NCBI GenBank assembly: GCA_964016885.1
Contig: OZ024742.1
Span: forward strand, 59,582,001 to 59,646,000
Reading direction: 5' to 3'
Origin: Eledone cirrhosa
Lineage: Eukaryota
Length of the DNA: 64,000 nucleotides
Under the pieces are notes generated by a model. It saw only the letters and a program-made list of their open reading frames with translations. It was not told the DNA's origin and did not search any database. Below, piece by piece: positions 16,952 through 28,829 of the stretch. The position numbers and the translations under genes are program-made. Position 1 is the stretch's first letter; every line of letters begins with the position of its first letter.

Positions 16952-19900
16952 CTAGCAGAAGTAACTGGGTTTTGCCGGGTTTAAATCGACCTTTGCTCTG
17001 TTAAAGTGTGTGAAAGTTACTTCCTGCGCATCACAGGTGCAAAAACCTTCGAGCCTTAATTATTATTTTTACAATTTTCGCGCTCACATCTGCAGAAGAA
17101 GAAATAAAATAGACTGTATCTGAACCGCAACATAATGGCGAGTCTTTTGCGACAGTTTTCAAGAAAATCGGAAGTTCCTGTAAACAGTTTTCCCATGTGC
17201 AACATTGCCTTGTTTTTTGCGCAAAGTCGAACCCCCGCTTCAGTTTTCTTGATTTTTTTTACATGAATGCGTGACCTCTGAAGTAGATTTGAGTAGCTAA
17301 AAACTTGTCCCGGTAAATTTGCTATAGGTGAAAAAAAGTTGATCAAAATTGTGTCTAGGGTTATTGCCCTTTGCAACAGACTGAACGTGTCTTCAAGTAT
17401 GGTAGTTTAATTTGATGTGGAACTAAATCGACTTTCGTCAAATCGGACCGAGGAAACAATGTTTCCATTTGTCTTTCTAGCTGGTGTACCCGGTTATACT
17501 CGGGGTTATAAGGCGCTGGATTTAAACGGGTCTGCGCTACATTCAAGCAGGATGCTTTAACCGAAATAAATGAAGAACAAACGTTTCTTTTTGTGCTCCA
17601 ATCTGTGATATTGGTATTCTGAAAAAATAGTCCACAAACATCCATGGAGCATGTGTAACGCATGTATCAGGTTATGAGAAAAAAGGCTTTTGATTCTCCA
17701 TTCATAAGATACCAAAAAATTGCACGCAAATAAACCGGGATTTTAAGGCACTGCCCAATTCATAGCTGAAAGGTAAGAATCAAGTGGAATAATGTTTTGC
17801 GACATTGTCAAATGTACAACCGTACAAAAGCAAAGGATATAGCCATTGAAATCTAGGTAGACCAAAGAATTTGGTGGGGTTGTATATCAGAGGATTCTTT
17901 TCCTTGTGATTCGCGTCTAGCCTACAAAGTGAAGTTAGATGATTGTAGTCGGTGTTGTATCAATAAAAAATAAAAGCATACGGAAGACAGAACACTTATG
18001 AATTACGTGAAAATCACGTTGATATTCCTATCGGAGCAACATGTGCCGAAAAACCTGACAGACCGTTGTATCAATATTGAAATCGTAGAAATTGCGAATA
18101 CGGACATCTAAGATGTAATGGATAGGCCTTGGAGGTGAAGAAGAAGAATTGGTACAATTGTTTTGCTGAACATGTTGACCAATAATTTAAATAGACTTAC
18201 GCAGCATCATCGTGCGGTTTTGTTGTTTATGGCCTAGAATGAGGACGGGTTAAACGCGGCAGAAAAATAAGACATGATGATGTTTAGGGGCGTCGCAGGG
18301 AATATATGCGGCGTTGTGACTCAATTGTGAGGACAGTGGAAGGCACGCTGATCGCTTGAGAAGACACGATTCTACGCGGGATGCTTCTCGGCCATAATTG
18401 ACAGAAAGGCATGTCAGGAGAAATGAAAGAGTTGCTATTCATCCTTTGCTTAGCATGATGAACATGTAATTAAAAAGATTTACCATGGACTATCGTGCAC
18501 GTTGATATTGTGTTTAGCTTCGAAAATCGGTGCTCAAATTGGGCAACAATAAGCCATGCTGATGACGTTTAAGCGGGTGACAAGGAATTGATGCAGCATA
18601 AATAGCCATGGGAGTCTTGAATGAGCACGGCGGTCAGTCAAAAGAAAGGGCCGAGGAGGGGATGGTGGCTGACAGTGCATGGATGCGGCATCCTGAGGCA
18701 TGACGATGCAGTTGGGAGGACGGCCAGCAGGCACGGAAGAGAGCAGGGTGGACGGTGCAAGGATGCCGCATGGTCAGCTATGGCAGTCTTGAAGGAGCAC
18801 TGCGGGCAGGCAAAAGAAAGGGCCGAGGAGGGGATGGCGGCTGACAGAGCATTGATGCGGCATGGTGATGCATGATGAAGAAGTTGGACGATGGCGTGCA
18901 GGGAACGGAGAGGGCAGGGGTTGACGGTGGCAGGGATGCGACTTGGTCCCTCAAGACTGCCATGCCTAGGCAGTGGAAAGGGTCCGGGAGTGGATGGCGG
19001 CTGACAGGGCAGGGATGCAACATGATGAGGAATGACGAAAGGGCAGGGTGCATGGCGGCTGACAGGGCGTGGGTGCGGCATGCCAATTGAGTTGCACCTC
19101 GGGTGTAGAGAGCACCGGGAGTCACGATGATTTTTGGGAAAACCGGGTGCAAGGCAGGATGTTTATCGGCCATACATAATCGGTAGGCTTTGGAGGAGAA
19201 AGGGATGCATTTTTGTTTAATTTTGTTACATATGGTCAAAAGGAATGTAAAAAGACTTACACAGGATCATCTTCATGTTCGGTGCTGTCTTTGGTCTGAG
19301 ATAATGGGCGGTTATGTGCGGCGCAAGAATAAACCATTCTGATGACATTTCAGCAAGTTGCTGACAGGGCAGGAATGCCGCATGGTGAGCCATGGCAGTC
19401 GTGAGGGACCAAGGCGTGCAGGGAAGGGAGAGGGCAGGGGTTGACATATGCCTCATTATGCTACGATAGTGGGACCACGGGAATGAAGAGAGCGCATGGA
19501 GGCTCGATGATCGCTTGAAAAGACTGGGCGCAATACAGGATGATGCGCGGCGGTATAGTCTTGATAGTCCTTATATAAGAAATGGAAGAATCAGCATAAA
19601 AGGTTTGCTGAATATGGTGAGCGTTAATTTAAAGAGACTTACGGTGGATAATCCTGATAGATTGAACGTTTTTTGCATGGCGGGAGTGCGACAAATGGAA
19701 GCAAGAAGATTGGCGTTTTTCGGTTGCCGGACCTTTGCCTCTGGGATACGATTATCAATTTTTTGAAAATTTCAAGTACCCCACGTTGATCCCCACATCA
19801 AAATCCATACCTATGTCAAATTTCATTGGAATCTGACAAATTTCGTAATATCGGTTTTGCCTCTGGTTATCCAATTATAGATTTTTCGAAAATACACACT

Positions 19901-20124
19901 TGCGTCGAGTTTCATCGAAATCGGACGATCTTTGAAAATATCGATTTTTGGCTTCTGGGGTCCCGATTATCAATTTTTCGAAAATTTCAAGTAGCCTATT
20001 CCAACCTGCGGGTCTAGTTTTATATATGTGTCAAGTTTCATGAAAATCTGATGAACGGTGTAGCCTGCATGTTCGGGAGACAAACAAACAAACAAACTAC
20101 GCCCAACTTCAATTTATATATAAG

Positions 20125-20125
<1 letters not shown>
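16952..20125 (-). mobile_element. Non-autonomous Helitron (~3.17 kb)
   Basis: The minus strand starts A|TCTTATATATAAA (20125) and ends with an imperfect hairpin aacccggcaaaacccagtt followed by CTAG|T (16952). AT target, no TSD. (CAAA)n and AAATTTCAT-type subterminal repeats at 19735-20095. Confidence 0.8.
18595..19445. repeat. GC-rich ~172-bp diverged tandem units inside the Helitron
   Basis: caaaagaaagggccgaggagggg occurs at 18639 and 18811; further partial units at ~18990 and 19355-19445. Confidence 0.8.
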
Positions 20126-20190
<65 letters not shown>

Positions 20191-20322
20191 GAGTGAGGTT
20201 TTTTTTTACAAATTGAAAAATAACCGAGGTGTCCTACACGAGTGAAAGTATAAAGAAAAAGAGATGAAATCGAAAATGCAACTGAAGTCTTATTTTAAAA
20301 AAATATATATATTTATTTGGTT

Positions 20323-20360
20323 CCTTTACCGGTTTCGCAGTTCTTCTGCTTTTCAAAAGG
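20323..20360 (-). ncRNA. Type I hammerhead ribozyme (U3-A8 variant)
   Basis: Identical to 4493-4530. Confidence 0.85.
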
Positions 20361-20852
20361 TGAGTTGAGATGGAGGGTCTGTGGTTTTTCTCACATCTGG
20401 TTGGTCTCTGAATGTTACTTGTTTTATATGGAAAAAGTGGCTCGAAATTCCAGGTTTTTCGAGAAGTAATTTGATTGGTTTGTCAATAATTATAATAAAT
20501 TTCGCGCCAGTTCGCGTTACAATAGTTCTTCAAATAAGAGAGGGGGGGGGGGGGGTTGTCACAGGTTGTTTTTTCATATATGAGTGTTTGAATTTCTTTT
20601 TACTTGAAAAAAGGAGGCTCACGAAGGCTTTTTTTTTGGTTGGTTATAAATGAAATTTGGCTGTCACGTGAACAAGTTTTATTACATTTTTGCGCCCTTA
20701 TTTGGAAAACTATTCTGTAGTCTTTATAGTGAATGTTATGACAATGGAGAGATAGTGGTCAAGAGAAAAGGGATTGGGAGAAATGTTCTGGTTCAGTGAA
20801 TATGGCCAGCTCGCCGGGGTGTCAGAGTTCAGATTTTCTATTGAGACTGAAG

Positions 20853-20903
<51 letters not shown>

Positions 20904-21128
20904 GGAAGATGATTCTATTAGTAGAGATGGGGGAGGGAGTTGTGTGTATATGTGTGTGTGCGAGTATGTTAAGATGGAGAGAATATATATTTTGTGTGTG
21001 TGTATATATATATGTGTGTGTAGGAAAGTGGTTCTATTAGTAGAAATGGGGAGGGAGTTGTGGGGGTTGTTATGTGTGTGTATGGGTGTTTTGTGTGTGG
21101 GAGTATGGTTAGCATGTTAAGATGAAGA

Positions 21129-21169
<41 letters not shown>

Positions 21170-21379
21170 GTGTGTGTATGTGTGTGTGTGTGTAGGAAAG
21201 TGATTCCTTTAGTAGGAATATTTTTGAATGAACATATTTTCCTTACTTTTTCGTGTTTGCTGTTGTATTGCCAGTGCAAACGTATGTTAATGTTTATTTA
21301 GTTCGGGTTTTTATTTTCTAAAGTAGAAGGTGTTATGTGTGTGTGTGTATGTCATATTGTGGTGTTGACATAATGTATA

Positions 21380-21722
21380 TTAAACCTTATTTAATATTGG
21401 TCTATATTTTTGAATAAACATATTTTCCTTATTTATTCGCATTTGTTCTGTTGTATTGTTAGCGCAAAGGTAAAATGGGAAGACTTGGAATTTGGGTCTT
21501 ATTACTTGCGCAAATGTCTAGATATGCACTTAGTGGTATCTGTCTCGTGGTTGGATCTCGTAATTGTTGGCGATGAACTGTCATTCTGTTTCTGAGTGTG
21601 AGTTTAGTTTGTCCTATATAATCTTCATTGCATCCTTTACATTTAATGGCATAAAGTAGATTTTTTGATGAGCAAGTGAAGTGATTTTTTACAGTAAAAT
21701 TTTGTCCTGATTTAAATGTATA
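21380..21722 (-). pseudogene. PLE GIY-YIG endonuclease domain (Neptune-like, CxxC between GIY and YIG), one frameshift
   Basis: Manual translation: YTFKSGQNFTVKNHFTCSSKNLLYAIKCKGCNEDYIGQTKLTLRNRMTVHRQQLRDP..ICASNK / PKFQVFPFYLCANNTTEQMRINKENMFIQKYRPILNKV*. Confidence 0.9.
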
Positions 21723-22309
21723 CCACTATCTCTCCATTGTCATAACATTCACTATAAAGACTACAGAATAGTTTTCCAAATAAGGGCGCAAAAATGTAAT
21801 AAAAACTTGTTCACGTGACAGCCAAATTTCATTTATAACCAACCAAAAAAAAGCCTTCGTGAGCCTCCTTTTTTCAAGTAAAAAGAAATTCAAACACTCA
21901 TATATGAAAAAAACAACCTGTGACAACCCCCCCCCCCCCCCTCGTATTTGAAGAACTATTGTAACGCGAACTGGCGCGAAATTTATTATAATTATTGACA
22001 AACCAATCAAATTACTTCTCGAAAAACCTGGAATTTCGAGCCACTTTTTCTATATAAAACAAGTAACGTTCAGAGACCAACCAGATGTGAGAAAAACCAC
22101 AGACACTCCATCTCAACTCACCTTTTGAAGCAGAAGAACTGCGAAACCGGTAAAGGAACCAAATAAATATATATATTTAAAAAAAAAAAATAAGACTTCA
22201 GTTGCCTTTTCGATTTCGTCTCTTTTTCTTTATATATATATATAAATGAAAAGTATAGAAATTATTGTAGCAAGAAGCCAGCAGTATTCCATAATATATA
22301 TATATAATA

Positions 22310-22570
22310 TATATATTACCCGTATAGAAAGCCGAATGATACGCTTAATTACATAAGTAAGCATTCCAACCATCCTGCCAGCATAACCAAAAACCTGGTA
22401 AGAAACGAGCGTATTTTCAACGACCATTCCACTTATTGCAAGGAAGCTCTTGCTCGAAGTGGATTTGTCGATAAGGTAGCATATACAGAGTACGAAAATA
22501 GACCTAGAAGAAATAGATCCCGTCGCATTTGTTGGTATAACCCACCATATAATATGGAGGTGGCCACCAT
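22310..22570 (+). pseudogene. PLE RT-thumb/linker fragment
   Basis: YISKHSNHPASITKNLVRN..EALARSGFVDKVAY..RSRRICWYNPPYNMEVAT; same family as 44620-44850. Confidence 0.85.
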
Positions 22571-22579
22571 GCTGACTAT

Positions 22580-24375
22580 CCCTTCTTCTATACTCCGGAA
22601 AGGAATGGTTTGTCTGAATGCCTTGGGATAACCTTTTGAGCAATGGCGTTGTTGTCCTAGCCCTTCCATACATAGGCACATCATATTAACTTGTCCACAT
22701 GGGCCATGAATGTTGCAGGATGTGATGATATTATGCAGAATTGGTCTCTTTATTAGCAATCTAACATGCACAACCTGATCAATGGCATCAGCAGTTTTGG
22801 GTTTGCTATCTTCAGCCATTATCCACAGAATATGAGCACGCGTGAGGCCTCGTTTCTGCCACTCTATTGTAGCAGAATGAGCCACAACTTTTTCGAGGAC
22901 ATTTATTTTCAGTATATCATCCATGAGGCTGTCATACTTGAAGACTCTTGCACAAATATCAGGACGGTCTCTAGGTTCTTCACCAGGGTGCAAAATATTT
23001 TTTTTATTTCATCCCATTTAGGGTTAGTTGTTACCGTGATGAAATAAGATGGCTTTCCCATGTGTCGAACCACAGTCATCGAATTCTGAAAGCACTCACT
23101 GTAGAAGCAAGGGGAACCATAAATTGAAGGAGGAAGAACAATTCTCCGGCCTGCATTTACTGAATCTCCTTCAGCCGCAGCATCATACAAACCTTCATAC
23201 TTTTCAGCTCGTATCATGGGTCTATTTGTGGCGACAATGTATTATTTTTGCCTGGGCATCTACAGCATATTGCTGCATCAGTCACTTGCTCTTCATGATA
23301 ATATTACAGTTACCTTTCCTAACTTGAAACTGATAACAGTAGAAATCAGTGGGTGTGAGTGTGTGGTTGTTGTCAATCCTTTTAAACCAACCTGAAACCA
23401 TCATTCCCCCAAGTAAACAGTAGCACATAATGCAGAGGATCATAAGAACGGTGCAACTGATGAATCCTCTGAATACCATCTCTTTTATGAATGATTACAT
23501 CCAAATGACATAATGCTGTATCAGGTTGAATAACAGCAATCTCAGTTGCTATGGGAAGATTATGTGCGCTACAATGAAAATCAGTGGGTTTTACTTTGTC
23601 AGCATGTAGGCCAATATTCACATTTTCAGAGACTGGTATTGCAAGGGACTATCTTGAAGCTTCTTATATAGGTTTTGCAGCAGTGCAAGTCTTCTTGCAG
23701 GACAGCAGCATCTAAATTAGCATGATGCAAGCCATTCTGAATCTCATGATCTGTATCATAGAAGTAAAGCTGCGTAAACTTGGGTGAAGCATCACTTGGA
23801 AGTAGTGATCCAATAATATGACAAATCTTACCTTGGATCTTAAATATGGAAGTAATTCCTGGTGCTTTCATCTCTTTGCAACCAATTGATGCTAAGGCAA
23901 GCACATTGTTATATGCACGTATCTTAGGGAGAAAAGAATTTCTTGCTTGAGTGATATCGAAATATTTCAGTATATTTGGTGGAGGAAGAGGAAGTTGGAG
24001 GAGTTTCACTTTTCCCTGGAAGCAACATGATTTGGGTTCATGTGGCCAGCGATAAGCTTTGCAGTGCGGACAAACAGAGGCAAAGAGACTCCCTGCATTA
24101 TGTTGTGGCATTATGGAAAGAACAGTTTGCTCTTGAAAAGGTTCATCTGTAGAATTCTTTACCGGATCTTCAATTGACCTGTTCCTTCCTCTCTGAACGT
24201 TTGGTGTATTTGTTGCAAGTTGATGTTGGTGTGTTAACTGAATTACATTTGTAGAAATGTGGTGGGATGTTGTAGAGCGATTATTGTTTGATTGATTTGC
24301 CCTCATCTCTTTTTGTCGTTGTGCATCTGCTGTCATGCGTTGGGATTTAGATGAGAAATGTTTTTTTTTTGTCAT
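22580..24375 (-). pseudogene. Helitron RepHel N-terminal and HUH Rep domain, frameshifted, helicase missing
   Basis: CPHCKAYRW..CC.QGKV, IRAYNNVLALAS, FKIQGKICH.IGSLLP, FTQLYFYD, SYDPLHYVLLF, LPPSIYGSP, FITVTTNPKW, DRPDICARVF, IEWQKRGLxxAHIL, HGPCG and CSKGYPK. Confidence 0.95.
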
Positions 24376-24444
24376 GTATGTATAAATATATGTTATCTGT
24401 ACGGTGAAATCTTAGAAATAAATATGTTAAAACAATATATATAT

Positions 24445-24497
24445 ATACATTTATTTCAAAGATTTCTTTTCTCCGTATCAGCTCTCTCTCTCTCTCT

Positions 24498-24541
<44 letters not shown>

Positions 24542-24578
24542 CTGACACGGAGAAAAGAAATCTTTGAAATAAATGTAT
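24445..24578. repeat. ~38-bp inverted repeat enclosing a (CT)n(TA)n tract
   Basis: atacatttatttcaaagatttcttttctccgtatcagc / gctgacacggagaaaagaaatctttgaaataaatgtat. Confidence 0.85.
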
Positions 24579-25281
24579 GTTTGAAATAAATGAGAGGCGG
24601 AACATTATAAACGTTACGAAAGAACGATGTATGATCGTCAGCTATTTCATACACCAGACATATGTAGAGTGAGTAGTATGAGGTAGCCATAACAACAGTG
24701 GTAGCAGCAAAACGCGTATGAAAACACTATATATTTATATATAGTGTTTGCGACACTCTAGCAAACACTCTAGCACCTTCCAAATCAAACTTAGAAATGA
24801 TATTAAGTATATATATCTATATCTATATATATATATATACAGATATTTAGAAACACACAGATACACACTGGTTCAGTCTAGTTCAACCGGATTGGTCTGT
24901 CCCAGTTATTCATTGAGCAACATCGGTGAAGTTGGCACCCTTAACTCACGGTTGGGTGCGGATGCATTCATGTATATGTGTGTGTCCGCATGTATCTGTG
25001 TGTTTCTAAATATATTGTTAATAACTCCCTCTGGTCGAGCAATCTTTGAAGTGTGGGGACTGCTGGAAAGCTTCCATTACTCATACTTCTCGCCTCCTTC
25101 ACCACCTCTTCTACGGCTTCGATATAAATACCCCCTCCGCCTCCGTGGTATTTTCTTCGGGGTTATAAGAGGCTTAGCTCTGTTTCTCGACCGTTATATC
25201 GCGTGACTATCTCCCCCTCCGCCTTTTGGGATTCTTTCTCACGTCGTATAGACGCGTTCTTGAGACTAGTAAAATGAGGTA

Positions 25282-25371
25282 TCCTCTTGATAAGTCGACA
25301 GACCTCGCAAGGACTCTATATCTTTATGATGTATAGTTTTTGTTTATGCCACGAAACTACGTAGTCGAGGA
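25282..25371 (+). ncRNA. Type I hammerhead (U3-A8) with long imperfect stem II, in a probable pLTR (~25020-25440)
   Basis: UCCUC-UUGAUAA-(59 nt, partly paired)-GAAA-CUACGUAG-UC/GAGGA. Stem III is the perfect palindrome ACUACGUAGU. Confidence 0.75.
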
Positions 25372-25440
25372 ATCTAGGAGCAGTTTAGGTATGATACATT
25401 TTATTACTAATTATATCTAAATGTTTCTTCTCTCTTCATA

Positions 25441-25475
<35 letters not shown>

Positions 25476-25538
25476 ACAACCGTTTATATATATACAATGA
25501 TATTAAATAAATGGAAACTATATTTATAAAACCATATT

Positions 25539-25603
25539 TATTTTATTATATATATTTCAAGGGCAACAAAGACAACATTGGTACGCTTTCATCAGATAAA
25601 ATA
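25539..25603 (-). ncRNA. Type I hammerhead, canonical core
   Basis: UAUUUUAU-CUGAUGA-AAG...CUU-GAAA-UAUAUA-UA/AUAAAAUA, with an 8-bp stem I. Confidence 0.8.
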
Positions 25604-26508
25604 CAGTTTGTTTCACATGAATATGTAAATAATTGAAAGACAACCGTTTATTTAAATGACACTGGAGAAACATAGAGAAGAAAGAGAAAGAAAAAAATAT
25701 TAATATTAAGAGAGAGATAGATAGAAGAAATTAACAAGAGGATGAATAGAACTCATGTAACGTCAATATGGGGGAATAACTTTTAAGTATATACCTACTA
25801 ATGGTACGTATATTTACGATTATTTAGTTGTTAAAATTCTTTTTAATATAATATTTACTGTTATAAGTAGATAGCAAAATAAATAGATATATATATAGAA
25901 AAATAAATATATATAAAGAAAAATAAATAGATAGAAAAATAGATATAAAAATAAATATAAAAATAAATAAATCAATAAATAGATAAATAGATAGATAAAT
26001 GGATAGATGGGTATATGGTTATATAGATAATTGTTTTAATGAGTTATGAGGGATATTGGTTTATATTTAATGTAAGTAATTAAGTTAACTGAGTTAATAA
26101 GAATATTTATATTTATATATTTTAAATTGGGAAGATACATGAAAAACTCCAGTTTTGTTTATTTATTCGTTAGAATGAGACTATTTTATCAAAATAAGTT
26201 TAAATGTTAAAGATATATTTAGCCTGAATTAGTTAGTGGTTATAAATCTAATAAAAGATATTAAACAATTTAAACCATAACCCTTGTTGAGTGCTCTAAA
26301 TCAGTTATAAACATTTATGTTTGTCGGACTTCCAACAAATTAAATACAACTTCTACAAAAATTATATTATGGGTGCAGTCCCGCACTGCTTTCTTTATTA
26401 TAGTTAAGATTTTTTAGGTTTTTTTTTCGTTTCTTCTCAGTCGGGCTGACATCTGAGTCATTCTCTCTCACTACCTCTTTTTCTCTATATGTGTATATGT
26501 GTACCTGA

Positions 26509-26546
<38 letters not shown>

Positions 26547-26695
26547 TTATTTACGTAAGTTCGGAGGGTATGTGCATAAACACTTACTCCTCGTACTGTA
26601 TTATTGCAGTATTGTGTTACCTCAATGTACGTAGACAGAGCCGTTATATGCAAAAGAAACCAAAGAACGTTTACATAATCAAACAGTCTTTATTC

Positions 26696-26740
26696 ACTAA
26701 CAATGTTTCATCCTCACCTTTAGGCAGGATTCATCAGAAT
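26696..26740 (-). ncRNA. Type I hammerhead, canonical core
   Basis: AUU-CUGAUGA-AUCCU gccuaaaggug AGGAU-GAAA-CAUUG-UU/AGU, followed by AATAAA. Confidence 0.75.
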
Positions 26741-27702
26741 TCAACAAATACCGTGTTGAGTATAAACTTCACAATAACTTAGTCACATGAACAATCAGAA
26801 AAAACAATATGGAGCTTGGAGATAGCTAACAAAGAGGTTCATACTAGGGTTACTAAGCATCACTGCAAAATACCAAGGTGCAACTGGATTCAACAAGATG
26901 AAGACACAGTAGATGGCACTCAAAAATGTAGAATGTAAAATTAAAAAGTGTGAAAGCATTAAAAAGTACATAATAAATACATAAAAATGCATAAAAATAC
27001 ATAAGAAATTCATTAAAAAATACATTAAAATATCTAAAAATACATAAAGAAATACAGGCAAATGTTAAAACATAATATAAATTATATTAAAGTAATAAAA
27101 AATATAAAAATAAAGATAAAAAATAATAATAGAGATAATATAATGAAATGAAATGAAGGAAAATAAAATAAAATAAAATAAAATCCAATAAAGTAAAGTA
27201 ATTAAATAAAAATATACTAAAAATAAATTAAAATACAATATAAAAAATATAATAAAATAATGATAATAAAATAATATAATAATATAATAAAATTAAATTA
27301 AAAGGATTAAAAATATTTCATAAATTGAGAAAAAGTTATATGTTATGAGTCCTTAGAGAAGCAAGCGAGTATAATGTCAGTAGTCTAGATACATGCGTGA
27401 ATAGATCTTTTTGGTACATCACAAAGGACCACAGTAATTCGAATAACCATCATACTATACATACACAAAGTATATCAGTAGGTAGTCAGACTAGGTAGCC
27501 AATTGGTGTTCACAAATATATATAAAGGCACAGGCCTCACTCAAGTAAATGTGGTTAATATATGGTATTGCTGAGTGAAACAAGTAAATACATTTAAGGC
27601 ATAAAAAGAAGCCATGCATAAGCAGATTTCGGTTTATGTGCGATAGAATTTAAGCAGGACTAATTGTTTACATATCGAACATATATATACATATACATAC
27701 AT

Positions 27703-27778
27703 ACACACCACACCACACCACACCACACCACACCACACCACACCACACCACACCACACCACACCACACACCACACACA
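27703..27778. repeat. (CACCA)n pentanucleotide microsatellite
   Basis: Near-perfect tandem array. Confidence 0.95.
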
Positions 27779-28126
27779 TATATATATACAGTTATATGGT
27801 CACTGGTTAAATATGCGTAGTAGTATATTAAGCGTAACAATTACAACATAACTCAAGAAAATGCATGCTGGATTACTACAATAAACAACCACTCCATGCA
27901 GAAAATCTCAGGTCAACATTAAAACATTGTTCAGGAATCATTTCAAGCCAATTCTCCACACACAATTCTGTCACCAACATGTGAACAGAACTTCAGGTCA
28001 CAGCAAATACGATCAGCAAAGCCAACGAGTCTAAACAAAACAAACGGAAATCAGCACTCATGTACCACTTGTTAAATACGCTAGATATCTTAGCATGTTT
28101 TCTAAAAATGGTCAAATTCAAATATA

Positions 28127-28565
28127 TAATTGTTTCTACTTTAGGCACAAGGCCAGCAATTACCCAGTGTATTACTGGTACTTTATTTTATCGACCCTGT
28201 AAGGATGAAAGGCAAAGTCAACCTCGGCGGGATTTGAACTCAGATCGTAAAGGGACGTAACTATGCTGGAAAGCATGGCGTCCGACTCTCTACCGATACT
28301 GCCAAATCAGAAATGAAATGGAATAGATATAAAATAAAGATAAAAATACAAATACAGTCTACATACCACTAAAATCAAATTAAAATAATTGTTTCTACTT
28401 TAGGCACAAGGCCAGCAATTACCCAGTGCGTTACTGGTACTTTATTTTATCGACCCCCGTAAGGATGAAAGGCAAAGTCAACCTCGGCGGGATTTGAACT
28501 CAGATCGTAAAGGGACGTAACTATGCTGGAAAGCATGGCGTCCGACCCTCTACCGATACTGCCAA
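28127..28565 (-). mobile_element. Two tRNA-derived Meta-domain SINEs (28127-28305, 28390-28565)
   Basis: A box TGGCAGTATCGGT, B box GAGTTCAAATCCC and the gccttTCATCCTTacggggtcgataaaataaagtaccag core. The second copy has TSD aaattaaaataat. Confidence 0.92.
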
Positions 28566-28829
28566 AATTAAAATAATACTGGCTTAGAGCATTTTACTTT
28601 ATTTAGGCCACTAAACTCTGTGTACATAAATTGATGACGTCATAGTTGTTACAGAAATAATGTAGTACTCATGTGGTCTCTGTGTACAATAATTGATGAT
28701 GTTTTAGCTTTTAAAGACATGACGTTGTATTCATGATGTCAATGAAAGGAGGATAACTCTGACTATTCATCTAATAGGTGTTTAATTCAAACTAATATCA
28801 GATTAAAGAGATAAGTTCAGTAACTTCAC

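Larger units (their letters stand above)
20186..22233 (-). mobile_element. 5'-truncated PLE, family A, with inverted pLTR (arms 20249-20759 / 21722-22233)
   Basis: ~510-bp inverted arms with hammerheads at 20323-20360(-) and 22121-22156(+, core has lost 2 A). GIY-YIG domain in the spacer; (TA)n flanks. Confidence 0.92.

Noticed and set aside
18534-19456. Overlapping GC-rich ORFs
   Set aside because: Explained by GC-rich tandem units inside the Helitron; no domain motifs.
20249-22233. Long inverted arms interpreted as DNA-transposon TIRs or a MITE
   Set aside because: Asymmetric tail, hammerheads, truncated GIY-YIG and variable inner breakpoints fit PLE pLTR inversion better.
27870-28010. 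PTCEQNFRSQ, a possible RTE C-terminal remnant
   Set aside because: Too short and degraded to call.
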